Origin: Marsupella aquatica
Lineage: Eukaryota > Plantae > Marchantiophyta
NCBI GenBank assembly: GCA_973895155.1
Contig: OZ316895.1
Coordinates: 17,375,337-17,439,336, forward strand
Reading direction: 5' to 3'
Length of the DNA: 64,000 bases
Below the pieces are notes generated by a model. That model did not search any database. It was not told where the DNA came from and saw only the letters and a list, made by a program, of their open reading frames with translations. Position 1 is the stretch's first letter, and the number at the start of each line of letters is the position of its first letter. This document shows positions 61,893-64,000 of this stretch, piece by piece. Made by a program: the position numbers and the translations under genes.

Positions 61893-63161
61893 TCATTTTG
61901 ACGCGATTTTATAGATTTTTCCCGATTGCATCAGCGCATAAACCTCATGCGCCCCGTCCTCCGCAAAACTGCAGATATTATCCGGCTGGAAGAGTAACGC
62001 CCCATGCGCCGTTAACTTTTGCGCGTCATAGTCATACCGCAATCCCCAGAACGTCCCCGAACCATAATCCGCGTAGATATAAATCCCGTCGAGGGCAGGG
62101 GACTCCTTCCCGCGATACACATAGCCGCCCGTCACCGATACCCCGATCCCATGATCCGGATACAAAGCCTGCGCCTGCAGGTTTGACCGGTGCGGATATT
62201 CGATCACCGGCTCGATATATTTTGCGCCCTCCGGACCCGGCTTGAAAGGATGCGCCGCCTCCCGCACGCTCCAGCCGTAATTACCGCCCTTCACGATCAA
62301 GTCCACTTCCTCCCACAAATCCTGGCCCACATCGCCGCACCACAGTGCACCTGTCTTCGCGTCAAAACTGTACCGCCACGGATTCCGCAAACCATAAGCA
62401 TAGATCTCCTTGCGCGCCCCGCGATCACCGCGATCCGGTTCCTTCACGAACGGATTATCCTGCGGAATCCCGTATTCCAATTCCTTCCGGTTCTTGCCCC
62501 CGCCCGTCGTCGCCCGCGAATTCACATCGATCCGGATGATTTTGGCCAGCAACGTGGAAGTGCTCTGGCCGCTGCCGAACGGATCATCCGCCGCCCCGCC
62601 ATCACCCAAGCCGAGATAAAGATAGCCATCCGGGCCGAAACACACCTCGCCGCCCTTGTGATTCCCAAACGGCTGGTTCACCTGCAATAAAATGCGCTCC
62701 GACTTCAAATCTGCCTTGTCCGCGTCCGCATCGGATACCTTGAATTCGCTGATCACACTCCGCAGCGGAAAGTTCAACGGCATCGCATTCTGATTTCCAG
62801 GGTTCTTCTGGTTGTAATAAACATAGAACAGATGATTTGTCGCGAATCCCGGGTGGAACGCCATGCTCAACAGGCCGCATTCGTTATCCATGAAAGGATG
62901 ACGATCCTCGATATTGAAAAACTCCTTCGCGTCGCTCCCGTCTGAACCCTTCTTCAGCACCAGGATGATCCCCGGCTGATACACGATGAACATCCGGCCC
63001 GATCCATCCGGCGCCTCGGACATCCACACCGGGCGCTTTTCCTCCAGCGCCGGATTCCCGGCCAGCTTGGGAAACACCGGTAGCAATTTGATGGGCGGCA
63101 GCTCCTGGGCAAAACCCGTGGCGGCCACGATCAACAGGGCGGCGGACAATATCGATTTCAT
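61893..63161 (-). CDS. Secreted PQQ-dependent sugar dehydrogenase family protein (GSDH beta-propeller), 422 aa
   Basis: Signal peptide MKSILSAALLIVAATGFAQ; GLLSMAFHP, NHKGG..FGPDGYLY.GLGDGG, YAYGLRNPWR, DVGQDLWEEV and GGNYGW. No introns. Confidence 0.92.
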   Translation of the reverse strand: MKSILSAALLIVAATGFAQELPPIKLLPVFPKLAGNPALEEKRPVWMSEAPDGSGRMFIVYQPGIILVLKKGSDGSDAKEFFNIEDRHPFMDNECGLLSMAFHPGFATNHLFYVYYNQKNPGNQNAMPLNFPLRSVISEFKVSDADADKADLKSERILLQVNQPFGNHKGGEVCFGPDGYLYLGLGDGGAADDPFGSGQSTSTLLAKIIRIDVNSRATTGGGKNRKELEYGIPQDNPFVKEPDRGDRGARKEIYAYGLRNPWRYSFDAKTGALWCGDVGQDLWEEVDLIVKGGNYGWSVREAAHPFKPGPEGAKYIEPVIEYPHRSNLQAQALYPDHGIGVSVTGGYVYRGKESPALDGIYIYADYGSGTFWGLRYDYDAQKLTAHGALLFQPDNICSFAEDGAHEVYALMQSGKIYKIASK

Positions 63162-63294
63162 GCGGGGCAAGACGTTAAGCGACCTTCGCTGGTTTCGATA
63201 GAAAATATTTATGCGACAAAACGATACCCCAACCCCGGTCTCCGCTATTTCAATTAAAAGGAATCTAACCGCGGGATTGATGCTTGGAGCTTCT

Positions 63295-64000
63295 TTAGTC
63301 ATTCGTCATTCGGATTTCGTCATTCCCCCACGTGGTTGGATTTAGTCGGATTCACTTGGATTCGCCTCGATCGGAGCGTCTGCCTAAGCGTCTTGAGGCG
63401 GGGACGGCTCGTCCCCGCAAGCCAATCCCCCGCCAGTAAGTTGGCCCGAGTCAAAGCCGAAGCCCCCGACACCAGTTCGACCATCCCATCCGTGTTTAAT
63501 CTGTGTTTCATCTGTGGCTAAAAATCGATGCTCTGAACTTCCATGGTTATTCGTCATTCGGATTGAGTCATTTCTCAACGGCTGGATTTAGCCTCATAAG
63601 AGCGCGGGCGGCTAATACACCGCCAAGTTGAAACGAGGCTTGATTTGGTTTGATTTACCTTGATTTGCCTTAGCTCGCGAGCGCGGACTGTCCCAATCCG
63701 CAGCGCGTCTGCCAGCCCCCAAACCGTGCCAAAACCCACGACTGGTGGCGTCTGTCGCGCTGCGACAGATTTTGCCGGTGCAACCGGCACCTTGTGGCGT
63801 GATTCTCATCGTGATTTTCATATCTGAAATCCTTGAGTGTTAAATGTTGAATGTTCGGCGTTGAATGTTCTCCCGCTCCAAGCGGCATTCCCCGTCTTGA
63901 AATCCGTATTCATAGTTGTCGCTCGTTTCATGCCTTGATTTGCCTTAACTCCCGAACGCGGACTGTCCCAATCACGCACCACGTGAGTCTGCAATCGCAG
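63295..64000. repeat. Cluster of short bacterial intergenic (REP-like) repeats
   Basis: gtcattcgtcattcggatt x2; atccgtgtttaatctgtgtttcatctgtgg; gttgaatgttc x2; cgcggactgtcccaatc x2; ttgatttggtttgatttaccttgattt. Confidence 0.65.

Noticed and set aside
60751-62880. Antisense/overlapping ORFs in the bacterial segment
   Set aside because: Shadow ORFs expected from high-GC coding sequence.
63162-63302. 47 aa N-terminal extension of the sugar dehydrogenase ORF
   Set aside because: The signal peptide starts at the Met at 63161; the upstream sequence looks intergenic.

Overview
About 60.8 kb of land-plant nuclear DNA (probably a non-seed plant: Tcn1-type chromovirus, TTTAGGG motifs, short GT-AG introns) joined abruptly at ~60,787 to ~3.2 kb of GC-rich bacterial DNA. 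The plant part starts with the last four exons of a gene ending in a dsRNA-binding domain (489-2405), followed by degenerate repeats. The rest is a nested transposon stack, mostly resolved to the base by termini and target-site duplications (TSDs). A Copia element is interrupted by chromovirus Gypsy-A (~11047-59473). Gypsy-A carries (i) a ~350 bp CACCGTG-ended TIR element holding a 4.2 kb solo LTR and (ii) Athila-like Gypsy-B (20953-56498, 3.76 kb LTRs). Gypsy-B contains a gag-only element, Gypsy-C (25876-47831), whose 5' LTR contains a 15.4 kb CACTA transposon (27060-42484). The most unusual signal is that two different giant LTR families each carry a two-ORF protein cassette inside U3, with shared architecture: terminal hairpin, small ORF1, ORF2 with coiled coil, and a TATTTAGG box ~630 bp from the end. 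The bacterial tail (truncated hybrid histidine kinase, terminator, PQQ-type sugar dehydrogenase, Verrucomicrobia-style intergenic repeats) is most likely an assembly chimera or contaminant. All family assignments are by motif recognition, without database searches.
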